A stretch of 64,000 nucleotides of DNA from a virus, in the IMG/VR virus record IMGVR_UViG_3300042261_000868, positions 1 to 64,000 of that record; one strand, written 5' to 3'. The position numbers were made by a program, and so were the translations under genes. The notes under the pieces are model-generated. The model saw only the letters and a program-made list of their open reading frames with translations. It was not told the origin of the DNA and did no database searches. Within the stretch, counting starts at the first letter, position 1, and each line of letters starts with the position of its first letter. Of the stretch, positions 1 through 9,188 are shown piece after piece.

Positions 1-663
1 ACCAACTTCTCCCAAATATTCCCAATTCTAACAAAAACTGGAGTTGTTTGGAATTATATTGGTGGACCAAAGGAGTCTTTGCCTGGTCAGCAGTCTAATT
101 TAGCAAGACAAAAAGATTTATCTGGTAGGGACGCATACGGCAATGAAAGTGCTAGAGAATATCAGCCAGCAATACCCAATATCCCAGACGGTATTCAGAC
201 TCAAGTTTCAAAGACTGATCTTGGAAACTTGAGTGCTGAAGATAGGAAGGTCTTACAAAGTCAACAAAATCAACAGCCTCAAATGCCAGCTATGGCTCCA
301 AATATGACTCCACAACAAATGATGCAGATGATGCAGATGATGATGGCAACCATGATGCAGAACGGTGGTCAAATGCCAGCCGCCCCTAGTCCCGCTATCA
401 TGCAAGATACCAGAAGCATTCATGAACTTGGTGTCGAGGATCGTGCTATCATTGAAAGCAATGTGACTCCACTTTCAAAAGAAGAAAATGACCCAGAATT
501 ACAAAAGCAAATTCAAGAAATGAAAGAAAAAGGAAGTAAGGGAATGGATGTTAATGTGCTTGATGATGCTATAGATCCAGAAGAAATGGCTAGAATGGCT
601 AAGATGACACAATCCATTACTCCAACTAATCCAGAAAACGCACCACCGAGAAGGAAAAGATAA
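1..663 (+). CDS. Hypothetical protein, 5'-truncated, with Met/Gln-rich low-complexity segment
   Basis: Frame 1 is open from base 1, so the TTG at 79 is probably not the true start; contains QQMMQMMQMMMATMMQ; stop overlaps next start (TAATG). Confidence 0.7.
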   Translation, partial: TNFSQIFPILTKTGVVWNYIGGPKESLPGQQSNLARQKDLSGRDAYGNESAREYQPAIPNIPDGIQTQVSKTDLGNLSAEDRKVLQSQQNQQPQMPAMAPNMTPQQMMQMMQMMMATMMQNGGQMPAAPSPAIMQDTRSIHELGVEDRAIIESNVTPLSKEENDPELQKQIQEMKEKGSKGMDVNVLDDAIDPEEMARMAKMTQSITPTNPENAPPRRKR

Positions 664-1082
664 TGCGAAAGGGTATAGAAAAAAAGAAGAAAGATGGAAG
701 TCCGTTCTACAAGGTAATTGAAGACATTCGATTCAATAAAAACGGAAATCTACTTGATGATGACGAGAATCTAAAAGCTTTTACAAACTTTATGGCATTG
801 AGATTCTTGTCTATGGATAGGGATAATATTGAGCTAACAAATATGTTGAATCAATTCCAAGGAGTTTTGGATAAGAAATCAATGTATGATTTACTTGTTG
901 ATATGATACCCCCAAAGCAAGGGTTTATTAAGTATGTGTCTAATAAGAAAAAAGAACATGAGTATATTCCTTTTATCTGTGAATACTACCAATGCTCCCC
1001 CAAAGAGGCAGCAGAATATATAGACCTAAAAGGTGAGGAATGGGCAAAAGAAATCGCCAAGGAACACGGCGGGAAGATATAA
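663..1082 (+). CDS. gp62: T4 gp62-like clamp loader small subunit
   Basis: NFMALRFLS...TNMLN...LDKKSMYDLL...EYYQCSPKEA matches the gp62 pattern; lies directly before regA, as in T4-like phages. Confidence 0.8.
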   Translation: MRKGIEKKKKDGSPFYKVIEDIRFNKNGNLLDDDENLKAFTNFMALRFLSMDRDNIELTNMLNQFQGVLDKKSMYDLLVDMIPPKQGFIKYVSNKKKEHEYIPFICEYYQCSPKEAAEYIDLKGEEWAKEIAKEHGGKI

Positions 1083-1085
1083 ATA
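1078..1085 (+). promoter_or_regulatory. T4-type late promoter TATAAATA upstream of regA
   Basis: Exact TATAAATA about 55 bp before the regA start. Confidence 0.5.
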
Positions 1086-1138
1086 AAAGCTACTTATGTG
1101 GGGCTGAAACACAGTCCACTGACATGTGAAGGGACTTT

Positions 1139-1540
1139 ATGAGTGAAGAAAATTTTGATTTTGGCATAAGAGTTGAACTACTTGTTGATGAACCAATGGT
1201 ACACGAAAACCTTGAAAGAATAGGTATCGTTAATAAACAAGATAAAATAATTTATCCTAGTTGCTACCTAAGAAAACAACAAGCTAAAGATGGCTCTGCT
1301 GAGTATGTTATAGTCCACTTTAAGGAACTCTTTGCCCTCCAAGGCAAACCAAGTACCTTTAATAAACTTGACGCTATTCGTCGTAATACAATTGTTTATT
1401 GCTTACAGAAGTGGAATCTTGTCAAAGCAATAAATCCAGAAGATATCTCACAGATAACAAAGAAGAAGATTGATGTTATCAAACACTGTAATAAATCTCA
1501 ATATCAAATAATTCATAAATTTAGACATAATAGACAGTAA
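1139..1540 (+). CDS. regA: RegA translational repressor
   Basis: ENLERIGI...IYPSCYL...YVIVHFKELFALQGK...RRNTI...KWNL, the RegA signature. Confidence 0.9.
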   Translation: MSEENFDFGIRVELLVDEPMVHENLERIGIVNKQDKIIYPSCYLRKQQAKDGSAEYVIVHFKELFALQGKPSTFNKLDAIRRNTIVYCLQKWNLVKAINPEDISQITKKKIDVIKHCNKSQYQIIHKFRHNRQ

Positions 1541-1545
1541 ACTAC

Positions 1546-1573
1546 TTGAATTTTAATTTCAAGGACTTATAAT
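1546..1573 (+). promoter_or_regulatory. sigma70-type promoter (TTGAAT-16-TATAAT), likely leaderless primase mRNA
   Basis: TTGAAT 1546-1551, TATAAT 1568-1573; ATG at 1580 with no Shine-Dalgarno in between. Confidence 0.55.
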
Positions 1574-1579
1574 ACTCTT

Positions 1580-2656
1580 ATGAAGCTCCCTAGTTACATT
1601 GTTCAAAACTTATTCTATAGACTTGGTTTAGATGCCGAGCCAGTTAAGTCTTCAAGTATATTCGTTCACAAGGCTAAATGCCCTTTGTGTGCCGATCATG
1701 CTCAACGTCTATATCTAAGAGAGTATTCAAGCTTCTACAGTGTTAAGTGTCATAACTGTGGCTACAATGGAAACTTTGAGAGTTTTTTAAAAGAGAATTA
1801 TTCTAACGAATACGAAGAGTTAAGACCTTTTATTTTAGAATCAATTAAAGACGGATCTATTTTCGCAAAAAGAAAGTGCCTTGGTGTTAATCAGTTAACT
1901 CCATCTAATGTAGCCACCAGTGATCTTATTGATGTTCGTCTTAAAATGTATTTAAAAGAACATGCTTTCCAAATTAATAAGAAACAAGATTCAGTTAAGA
2001 AGGAAGAGCTTCGTAAAAGAATCCTTAAGTATCTTAAGGGTAGAAAGATACCAGAATCAATCTACAATGACTTCTATTGTATGCTTAAAGGTCCATTGAG
2101 GGGTTATATTGGTATTCCCTTCTTTGATAAGAACAAAGAGAACCTAGTCCACATTCAAGGTCGTTTATTCATCAAGATTGGAGAAGGCGATCATCCCAAA
2201 TATATGTTCCTTAAAGATAAGATAGACGGCATAGAGCTAGATAGTAAAGAAATATGGGGACTTTGGAGAACCAACCCTGCCAAGCCAGTTATTATCTGTG
2301 AAGGAACTTTGGATGCTTGTGCTTTTGAGCATGGTGTGGCTACTTGTGGTGCAACTATGGGTGATAACTATATTGAGATAATTAAGAAGCAATTCCCCAA
2401 CAGAATTTGGTGTATTGATAGTTTCTGGACCGATATAGAAGGTAGAAAGTTAACCATCAAATTACTTGAAATGGGCGAGAGATGCTTCATCTTACCTCAG
2501 TCTTCGTTTGTTAAAGATGCTAATGAATTACTTTGTAAGGTACTTGGCACAGAATATATAACAGACGAGATAATAGAAGAGTACACCTACACTGGTCGTT
2601 TCGGGTTAATCAAACTCCGCACGATGGAAGTTACTAGTTTATCCCAAAATATTTAA
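1580..2656 (+). CDS. gp61: T4 gp61-like DNA primase
   Basis: Zn finger CPLC...CHNC; IPFF...IQGR; KY; TOPRIM ICEGTLDA; KDANE. Confidence 0.85.
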   Translation: MKLPSYIVQNLFYRLGLDAEPVKSSSIFVHKAKCPLCADHAQRLYLREYSSFYSVKCHNCGYNGNFESFLKENYSNEYEELRPFILESIKDGSIFAKRKCLGVNQLTPSNVATSDLIDVRLKMYLKEHAFQINKKQDSVKKEELRKRILKYLKGRKIPESIYNDFYCMLKGPLRGYIGIPFFDKNKENLVHIQGRLFIKIGEGDHPKYMFLKDKIDGIELDSKEIWGLWRTNPAKPVIICEGTLDACAFEHGVATCGATMGDNYIEIIKKQFPNRIWCIDSFWTDIEGRKLTIKLLEMGERCFILPQSSFVKDANELLCKVLGTEYITDEIIEEYTYTGRFGLIKLRTMEVTSLSQNI

Positions 2657-2663
2657 CTCTTTT

Positions 2664-2672
2664 TGTTATAAT
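2664..2672 (+). promoter_or_regulatory. Extended -10 promoter (TGTTATAAT) for the gmd operon
   Basis: TGnTATAAT followed by GAGGGAG RBS and ATG at 2691. Confidence 0.5.
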
Positions 2673-2690
2673 TACTCTCTGAGGGAGTTT

Positions 2691-3758
2691 ATGTCAAAAA
2701 AAGCTTTTATAACAGGTGCCAACGGCCAAGACGGATCGTATCTCATTGAATTGCTTCTTGAAAAAGGTTACGAGGTACACGGTATCATAAGAAGGTCATC
2801 TGTTTTCAATACACAGAGAATTGAGCATCTTATGGAGAACCCAGAGATTTATAATAAGTCTCTCTTTATCCACTATGGGGATGTTACCGATCCAGTTAAT
2901 ATAAACCAATTAATCTCTTCTATTCAGCCAGATGAGGTCTATAATCTAGCCGCCCAAAGCCATGTTAAAGTGTCTTTTGAAGTCCCTTATTACACCGCAC
3001 AGACAGATGCCATAGGTACTTTAAATGTCCTAGAAGCCGTAAGGAACCATTGTTCCAAGGCAAGGGTCTATCAAGCCTCCACAAGTGAATTATATGGTGG
3101 AATGGGCTACAACATGCCAGCAACGGGCTATACCGAAGAATCCCCAATGCACCCCAGGTCGCCTTATGGGTGTGCTAAGTTGTATGGTTTATGGATTGTA
3201 AAAAACTATAGAGAAGCTTATGGGATGTTTGCTTGTAATGGCATTCTATTTAACCACGAAAGCCCCCGTAGAGGCGATACCTTTGTAACCAAGAAGATTA
3301 CTAATTGGATGTCTAAATTTAGGACTGAAACTCTTAAATCAAGTTGCTGGGAGTTGCCACCGCTTGAGCTTGGAAACCTTAATGCCAAAAGAGATTGGGG
3401 TCATGCCAAGGATTATGTTGAAGCAATGTGGCTAATGCTCCAGCAAGACAAACCAGTAGATTATGTAATAGCAACTAATGCAACATATTCCGTTAAGGAC
3501 TTTATAAACGAATGCTTTGAGCAACTCGCATGGAACAATCATATCTGTTGGGAAGGAGAAGGTCTTAATGAGAAACTTCTTTGGAATACAAACGGATGTC
3601 AAACAGATGGATTGCCTCTTGTTGTCGTAAACCCCAAATACTTTAGACCGTCTGAGGTTGAAGTGCTGCTTGGAGATGCTTCCAAGGCGCAGAAGGAACT
3701 TGGGTGGAAGCCCAAATATAATTTTAAGGAACTAGTAAGGGATATGTTAAATGGATAA
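2691..3758 (+). CDS. gmd: GDP-mannose 4,6-dehydratase
   Basis: GANGQDGSYL, NLAAQSHV, YQASTSELYG, PRSPYGCAK, FNHESPRRG, RDWGHAKDY. Confidence 0.97.
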   Translation: MSKKAFITGANGQDGSYLIELLLEKGYEVHGIIRRSSVFNTQRIEHLMENPEIYNKSLFIHYGDVTDPVNINQLISSIQPDEVYNLAAQSHVKVSFEVPYYTAQTDAIGTLNVLEAVRNHCSKARVYQASTSELYGGMGYNMPATGYTEESPMHPRSPYGCAKLYGLWIVKNYREAYGMFACNGILFNHESPRRGDTFVTKKITNWMSKFRTETLKSSCWELPPLELGNLNAKRDWGHAKDYVEAMWLMLQQDKPVDYVIATNATYSVKDFINECFEQLAWNNHICWEGEGLNEKLLWNTNGCQTDGLPLVVVNPKYFRPSEVEVLLGDASKAQKELGWKPKYNFKELVRDMLNG

Positions 3759-4680
3759 ACAAAATAATATAGTAGTTTTCGGTAGTAGTGGTCTTGTTGG
3801 ATCTGCTATTGCTAGAAATCTTGCAATAAAAGGATACAAAAACATCTACACCCCTTCGCGGAAAACGGTAAATCTATTAAATAAACCAGAAATTTGTGCA
3901 TACTTGAGTGAAAATGATGTGGGATATGTTTTTTTGGCGGCAGCTAAAGTTGGTGGGATTGCTGCCAACATGAAAGAACCAGCAAGTTTTGGACTTGAAA
4001 ATGGCTTAATAAACCTCAATGTAATTGATTGTTGCTATTTAACTAAAGTTAAAAAATTATTATTTTTAGGTTCAAGTTGTATATATCCAAAGAATTGCCC
4101 TCAACCAATGAAGGAGGAGTATCTCTTAGAAGGGAAATGTGAACCAACCAACGAGATGTATGCTTTATCAAAAATTTATGGCTTAAAACTATGCGAAGCA
4201 TATAATAAGCAATACGGTTGTAATTTTATATCTTGCCAACCAAGTAACATTTATGGCATAGGGGATCATTTTGATTCGGAAAACAGTCATGTTGTTAGTG
4301 CATTAATTTCAAAATTCCACAAAGCAAAAATAAACAATGACCCATTTATAACATTATGGGGAACTGGTTCTGCTATGAGAGAACTTCTTTATGTTGAAGA
4401 TTGTGCTGATGCTTGTATATCCTTAATGGAGAATTATAATAACCCACAGTTCATAAATATTGGTACTGGAATAGATATCAGTATAAGAGATTTAGCGAAT
4501 ATGATAAAGGGAATAGTCGGATACCAAGGCTTAATCCAATGGGATAGTTCAAAACCAGACGGCATGTATAGGAAAATATTAGATGTATCTAGGATACACG
4601 AATTTGGTTGGAAACATAAAACAAATCTTCAAGAAGGGTTACAAAAGACTTATGAATGGTACTTGGGAAACAAAAAATGA
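3751..4680 (+). CDS. fcl: GDP-L-fucose synthase / GDP-L-colitose synthase (Fcl/ColC epimerase-reductase)
   Basis: GSSGLVGSA, LAAAKVGGI, LGSSCIYP, EPTNEMYALSK, SHV, WDSSKPDG. Confidence 0.92.
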   Translation: MDKQNNIVVFGSSGLVGSAIARNLAIKGYKNIYTPSRKTVNLLNKPEICAYLSENDVGYVFLAAAKVGGIAANMKEPASFGLENGLINLNVIDCCYLTKVKKLLFLGSSCIYPKNCPQPMKEEYLLEGKCEPTNEMYALSKIYGLKLCEAYNKQYGCNFISCQPSNIYGIGDHFDSENSHVVSALISKFHKAKINNDPFITLWGTGSAMRELLYVEDCADACISLMENYNNPQFINIGTGIDISIRDLANMIKGIVGYQGLIQWDSSKPDGMYRKILDVSRIHEFGWKHKTNLQEGLQKTYEWYLGNKK

Positions 4681-5483
4681 TTAATGTGGTTGTGTGGTCA
4701 AAAAATAGAGCATGTCAATTGGACTTGACTTTAAGCAGTTATAAAAAATATTTTAGTGACTGGCAAAAATGCCAAGTTTCAATAATTTACACATACACCG
4801 ACAATAATTATAAAAAAGGTTACGAGTTATGTCAACAATATAATCCAGAATTTACTTGGATAAAAGAGACTGATTTTCGCCAAGACACTATTAAAGCAAT
4901 ATTCTCATCAAACCATAATTACCAAGCATTCATGGTTGATGATGATGTTTTTATTGATAAGTTCTCACTAGAAGACAAAGAATGTCAAGAATTTCTTACA
5001 AATCACTCAGTGTCGTGTTTATCTCCAAGATTGGCACCCTATGTTAACTATTGCTATACAGCAAACCAAAAACAACCACAACCAACATTTTTAATAGATA
5101 GAGATCACCTATGGGAATGGAGAGGTAAACCGTATGATTGGGGATATCCTTGGTCTGTTTCTGGGTTTCATATATTTAGAAAATCTGATTTAATTAACTT
5201 ACAAAAATTACAATTTAGGGGAGCCAATAGTTTTGAAGGTGGGTTTATATCCGCCTCCCCTTTTGTGGGCAGAGAATTGATGTCTTGCTATAAACAAGCA
5301 AAATGCATTTGTTCTACAAATAACAAAGTCCAAACAGAGAATGGAAACAGGCACGAAAACTCAGACCCGTTGGATATATTAAATTCAATTTTTTTAAATG
5401 GAAAACGGTTAGACCCAAATACCAACAATAAATATGTATTAAATATGTGCCACGGACCTTTAAAATATGAATGGAGAAAATAA
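4677..5483 (+). CDS. GT-A fold glycosyltransferase-like protein
   Basis: Start moved to ATG 4677 (ATGA overlap with fcl); VVWSKNRACQLD N-terminus; FMVDDDVF DxD motif; WGYPWS. Confidence 0.65.
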   Translation: MINVVVWSKNRACQLDLTLSSYKKYFSDWQKCQVSIIYTYTDNNYKKGYELCQQYNPEFTWIKETDFRQDTIKAIFSSNHNYQAFMVDDDVFIDKFSLEDKECQEFLTNHSVSCLSPRLAPYVNYCYTANQKQPQPTFLIDRDHLWEWRGKPYDWGYPWSVSGFHIFRKSDLINLQKLQFRGANSFEGGFISASPFVGRELMSCYKQAKCICSTNNKVQTENGNRHENSDPLDILNSIFLNGKRLDPNTNNKYVLNMCHGPLKYEWRK

Positions 5484-6649
5484 TGAAATATTCATTAGCA
5501 ACCGAAACTTGGAGCGATGAGGAAAAATTAGCTGCTAAAAAAGTAATTGATAGTGGTTTTTGTACTATGGGTAAAATAACATTAGAGTTTGAAAAAAAAT
5601 TCGCAGAAAAATTTGGGTCAAAATATGCAGTATTTTCAAACTCTGGTTCCTCCGCTAATCTTTTAGCAATAGCTGCTCTTTGTTTTAAAAAAGAGGAGGC
5701 TCTCAAACCAGGAGATGAAGTCATCGTTCCAGCAATTTCTTGGTCAACTACATACTATCCATTACAACAATATGGACTAAAATTAAAGTTTGTTGATGTA
5801 AATCTTTATGATTTTAATATGTCATTAGAGCAAGTTAAAAATTCAATAACATCTAAAACCAAAGCCATATTTGCAGTTAATTTATTGGGTATGCCTTGTG
5901 ACTTAGAGGAACTTAGAGAAATCTGTAAAGAAAAAAATATATACTTAATAGAAGATAATTGCGAAAGCATGGGAGCAACATATAACGGGAAACAATGCGG
6001 TACTTTTGGTGTAATTGGTACATTTTCGTCCTTTTTTTCGCATCATATGTGTACTATTGAGGGTGGAATAACTGTTACAGATGATGAAGAACTCTATCAA
6101 ATCATGATATCTTTAAGAGCACATGGATGGATTAGAAACTTACCAGATAAAAACCATATTTGCAACAAAACTGGAAACTTCATTGAAGATACCTTTAAGT
6201 TTGTATTGCCTGGTTACAACCTAAGACCTAATGAAGTATTTGCTGCAATAGGGTTGGAACAATTAAAGAAACTTGATAAGTTCATTCAATTTAGAAGAGA
6301 AAATTACGAATACCTTAAGAATAGAATTAATGAAATTTCAAATATTTGCTATAACTTCCAAATGTCAAATAATTCAGTTAAAAGCTCTTCTTGGTTTGGT
6401 TTTGGTTTCTTAACAAAAAACAGAAATAAACTTTCTGAATATTTGATAAAGAATAATATTGAGTGTCGCCCTATAGTTGCTGGTGACTTCACTAAGAATC
6501 CAGTAATAAAATACATGGACTATGAAATACCCTTTAGTTTAGAAAATGCTAAAGTTATAGATCAACATGGTATATTCATTGGAAATAATGGGGAAAATAT
6601 AAAATTGCAAATAGATCATTTCATCGAAGTCGTTAAGAGGTTTGAATGA
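5483..6649 (+). CDS. colD: GDP-4-keto-6-deoxy-D-mannose 3-dehydratase (ColD; DegT/DnrJ PLP fold)
   Basis: Start at 5483 (TAATG overlap); SGSSANLL, SWSTTYYPLQQYGL, EDNCESMGA, TFSSFFSHHMCTIEGG (His where aminotransferases have the Schiff-base Lys), RAHGW, FKFVLPGYNLRP, closely following E. coli ColD. Confidence 0.88.
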   Translation: MKYSLATETWSDEEKLAAKKVIDSGFCTMGKITLEFEKKFAEKFGSKYAVFSNSGSSANLLAIAALCFKKEEALKPGDEVIVPAISWSTTYYPLQQYGLKLKFVDVNLYDFNMSLEQVKNSITSKTKAIFAVNLLGMPCDLEELREICKEKNIYLIEDNCESMGATYNGKQCGTFGVIGTFSSFFSHHMCTIEGGITVTDDEELYQIMISLRAHGWIRNLPDKNHICNKTGNFIEDTFKFVLPGYNLRPNEVFAAIGLEQLKKLDKFIQFRRENYEYLKNRINEISNICYNFQMSNNSVKSSSWFGFGFLTKNRNKLSEYLIKNNIECRPIVAGDFTKNPVIKYMDYEIPFSLENAKVIDQHGIFIGNNGENIKLQIDHFIEVVKRFE

Positions 6650-7239
6650 AATTTGGTAAAACAATCCACGATTGGAATAATGCCAAAGGCGATTCAACAT
6701 TAAGACTACAGTATAATTTAACACCTAGCAGCACCGTTATAGATGTTGGTAGTTTTAAGGGGGAGTGGCTTAAGAATATAATTAATTTATATTCTTGTAA
6801 TATATTCGCGTATGAACCAACATTAGAAGGATTTGAAACAATAAAGAATCTACAAACCGAAAAAATCATAATTAAAAAATATGGTCTTTTCAATGAACGA
6901 AAAAAGATTAAAATTTCTAATAATGGAAATGCTAGTTCTATAGTAACGAGTAACGGAACAGAAGAGATTGAAGTATTAAATGTTATTGAAGAAATGCCAC
7001 TTTGGGGAAATGTAGATTTAATAAAAATAAATATTGAAGGGGCCGAATATGAACTCCTAGAGGCACTTATAGAAAATAGTAGTTTAGAAAAATTCAAGAA
7101 TCTTCAAATTCAATTTCATAAATTTGATTTCATAAGAGAGCCTTCCGAAAGAAGACAAAAAATCAGAGAAAGTCTATCAAAGACACATCATCTTACATAT
7201 GATTTTGAATTCATATGGGAGAATTGGGAAATTAATTAA
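6646..7239 (+). CDS. FkbM-family SAM methyltransferase
   Basis: VIDVGSFKG, AYEP, DLIKINIEGAEYELL, QIQFH. Confidence 0.85.
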   Translation: MKFGKTIHDWNNAKGDSTLRLQYNLTPSSTVIDVGSFKGEWLKNIINLYSCNIFAYEPTLEGFETIKNLQTEKIIIKKYGLFNERKKIKISNNGNASSIVTSNGTEEIEVLNVIEEMPLWGNVDLIKINIEGAEYELLEALIENSSLEKFKNLQIQFHKFDFIREPSERRQKIRESLSKTHHLTYDFEFIWENWEIN

Positions 7240-8089
7240 ATTCCTTCCAGATAAACTCCGCAAAGTTTACATTTGTATGTAAACGATCTATTGCGACATC
7301 TGTATTTAGTTTATATTTTTCAGAGTTATTATACACATCAACAATTAAATTAAAAAAATCACTCGCATTATACGGTGCTGTTATATGTGAATCTGCTCCA
7401 AACACATCTGAAATCTGTGTTGCTCCCCAATATATAGGAACACAACCACAAAGAACAGGATCTACAAATTTTTCGGTAATCCAGTATCTTTGTTTCATGT
7501 TCTCAATTACAATAGTATATTCATATGGTGAGAAAACTATACTTTTATCATCTACTGGTCCCTTAATTCTGCCTAAACTATCATTATATAAATGACATCC
7601 TCGCCCATATATATGTATGTCAAGGTTAGTTGCCAATATTTTCCTTATAATATTATGTCTCATTTGATGGCCTTCTAAGAACCCCTTATCAGATGCGATA
7701 ATACTCATTTTAAATTTTTTAGCACATTTGTAAGAATCTTTATTTTGTTTTAAAGGTAAATTCGGTAAAAAGGTATACCATTCTGGAGTAAATGGATATG
7801 CCATATAATTTTTGTCATATACATAATATTTCTTACAATTTAAGTTTATCCATTCAAGATGCTTTCTCATATCTATTAATTGATAAACTTCTTGGTGGAA
7901 ACCAATGACATTTTCTTTAGGAACTTTTAATTTAGGAAAGTTACCATGATTTAAGATAACCGCATGGGTATAATCATCGGTATCAACTATCTCCATATTT
8001 TTATATTTAGTTAAACCAAATCCCCAAGATTTAAAAGCATTCTTTGCTCCAGTTGAGTCACAGTAATCAGAAAATATTCGCACCTTCAT
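7232..8089 (-). CDS. GT10 (alpha-1,3/4-fucosyltransferase-like) glycosyltransferase
   Basis: YEYTIVIEN...YWITEKFVDPVLCGCVPIYWGA is the GT10 alpha-1,3-FucT motif. Confidence 0.82.
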   Translation of the reverse strand: MKVRIFSDYCDSTGAKNAFKSWGFGLTKYKNMEIVDTDDYTHAVILNHGNFPKLKVPKENVIGFHQEVYQLIDMRKHLEWINLNCKKYYVYDKNYMAYPFTPEWYTFLPNLPLKQNKDSYKCAKKFKMSIIASDKGFLEGHQMRHNIIRKILATNLDIHIYGRGCHLYNDSLGRIKGPVDDKSIVFSPYEYTIVIENMKQRYWITEKFVDPVLCGCVPIYWGATQISDVFGADSHITAPYNASDFFNLIVDVYNNSEKYKLNTDVAIDRLHTNVNFAEFIWKEFN

Positions 8090-8090
8090 A

Positions 8091-9188
8091 CTATGGGTTC
8101 CTTAACCAAGAAAAACCTTTGATATATTGTCTAAGTTCCAATTCGGACATTCTTTTTATTTTTTCAAACTCAGTTACATTAATTTGATATAAAGGATTTG
8201 AATAATAGCTATTTTGAGTTATCATATGATCCATATGATATAAATGCCCATCAATACTACCTACATTATAGTTTAATTTTTTAATTCTAGATAATCTTTC
8301 TTGATCTTCTGGACCCCAAGAAACCATATTTTCATTTTCCATCCCCGCTGCAATAAATTTTTCTTTATTCATAAAGAAACAGCCACCAGGCGGAATCCCT
8401 TGGTGTGTGATTTTTGTCATCGCATCAATCATATCCAAATCTAATGATTTGTAAAGTAATAGTAAAGAATCTTTTTCAATGTGTTTTAGTGGCTTGTTAA
8501 ATGGATAGCAGAAATCTAATTCTTTACTTCTTATTTTATTAGCAGCTTCAACATATTTTAACGGTGGCAAAAGAACATCACTATCATAGCTAACAACAAT
8601 GTCCGTTTTAACTGTTTTAGTCATAGTGTTCAAAAGTCTCGTTTTGTAAAAAAAGGATGTTTTATTTTCTAAAAACAATAAACGACAAAAACTTGACCAC
8701 TCTTGTTTCCAGAACTGTTTAATTTTCATCTCTTTATCACTCTCACAAATAATCACATTTGTATCAAAATACTTATACAAGTAATCTAGAAGAATAGTTA
8801 AGTTTTTCTTTCTATCTTCTGACTCTATGGATAATGGTATAGTGAATGTTACATCTCTCAAGTCAATTTTACTCATATGTTTCTCGCTTTTATCGTATTT
8901 AATCATTTCGTATACAATCTCATTTTCTTGGTTAATATTGGGGAATTCTTTAGATTCTTGCACAATATTAGAATTAAAATCATATTCTTCTATTTCAGTT
9001 ATAACCTCTGGTTTAGCCAATATGATGTCGGGTTCTTTTATTGGTTTGTTTATTTTTAAAAGACCACTATAACTACTTAGGATATCAGAACCTTCAATAA
9101 ATTGGTTTGGTTTAATCGTAACCTTTTTACCGTCTAACAGTATTACAATATCTTTTTTCGTAACATTTTTATATCTACTAATTCTCAT
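8091..9188 (-). CDS. GT2/GT7C-like glycosyltransferase with ~105-aa N-terminal extension
   Basis: Start 9188 (TAATG overlap); DVTFTIP, YDSDVLL, GGCFF, GMENENMVSWGPEDQE, LYHMDH. Confidence 0.82.
   Translation of the reverse strand: MRISRYKNVTKKDIVILLDGKKVTIKPNQFIEGSDILSSYSGLLKINKPIKEPDIILAKPEVITEIEEYDFNSNIVQESKEFPNINQENEIVYEMIKYDKSEKHMSKIDLRDVTFTIPLSIESEDRKKNLTILLDYLYKYFDTNVIICESDKEMKIKQFWKQEWSSFCRLLFLENKTSFFYKTRLLNTMTKTVKTDIVVSYDSDVLLPPLKYVEAANKIRSKELDFCYPFNKPLKHIEKDSLLLLYKSLDLDMIDAMTKITHQGIPPGGCFFMNKEKFIAAGMENENMVSWGPEDQERLSRIKKLNYNVGSIDGHLYHMDHMITQNSYYSNPLYQINVTEFEKIKRMSELELRQYIKGFSWLRNP

Noticed and set aside
1095-1125. Hairpin in the regA leader as an autoregulatory element
   Set aside because: Stem is weak and bulged, and RegA is known to bind unstructured initiation regions
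5483-6649. Perosamine synthase / generic DegT aminotransferase call
   Set aside because: Active-site segment has His (SHH) in place of the catalytic Lys, which indicates ColD
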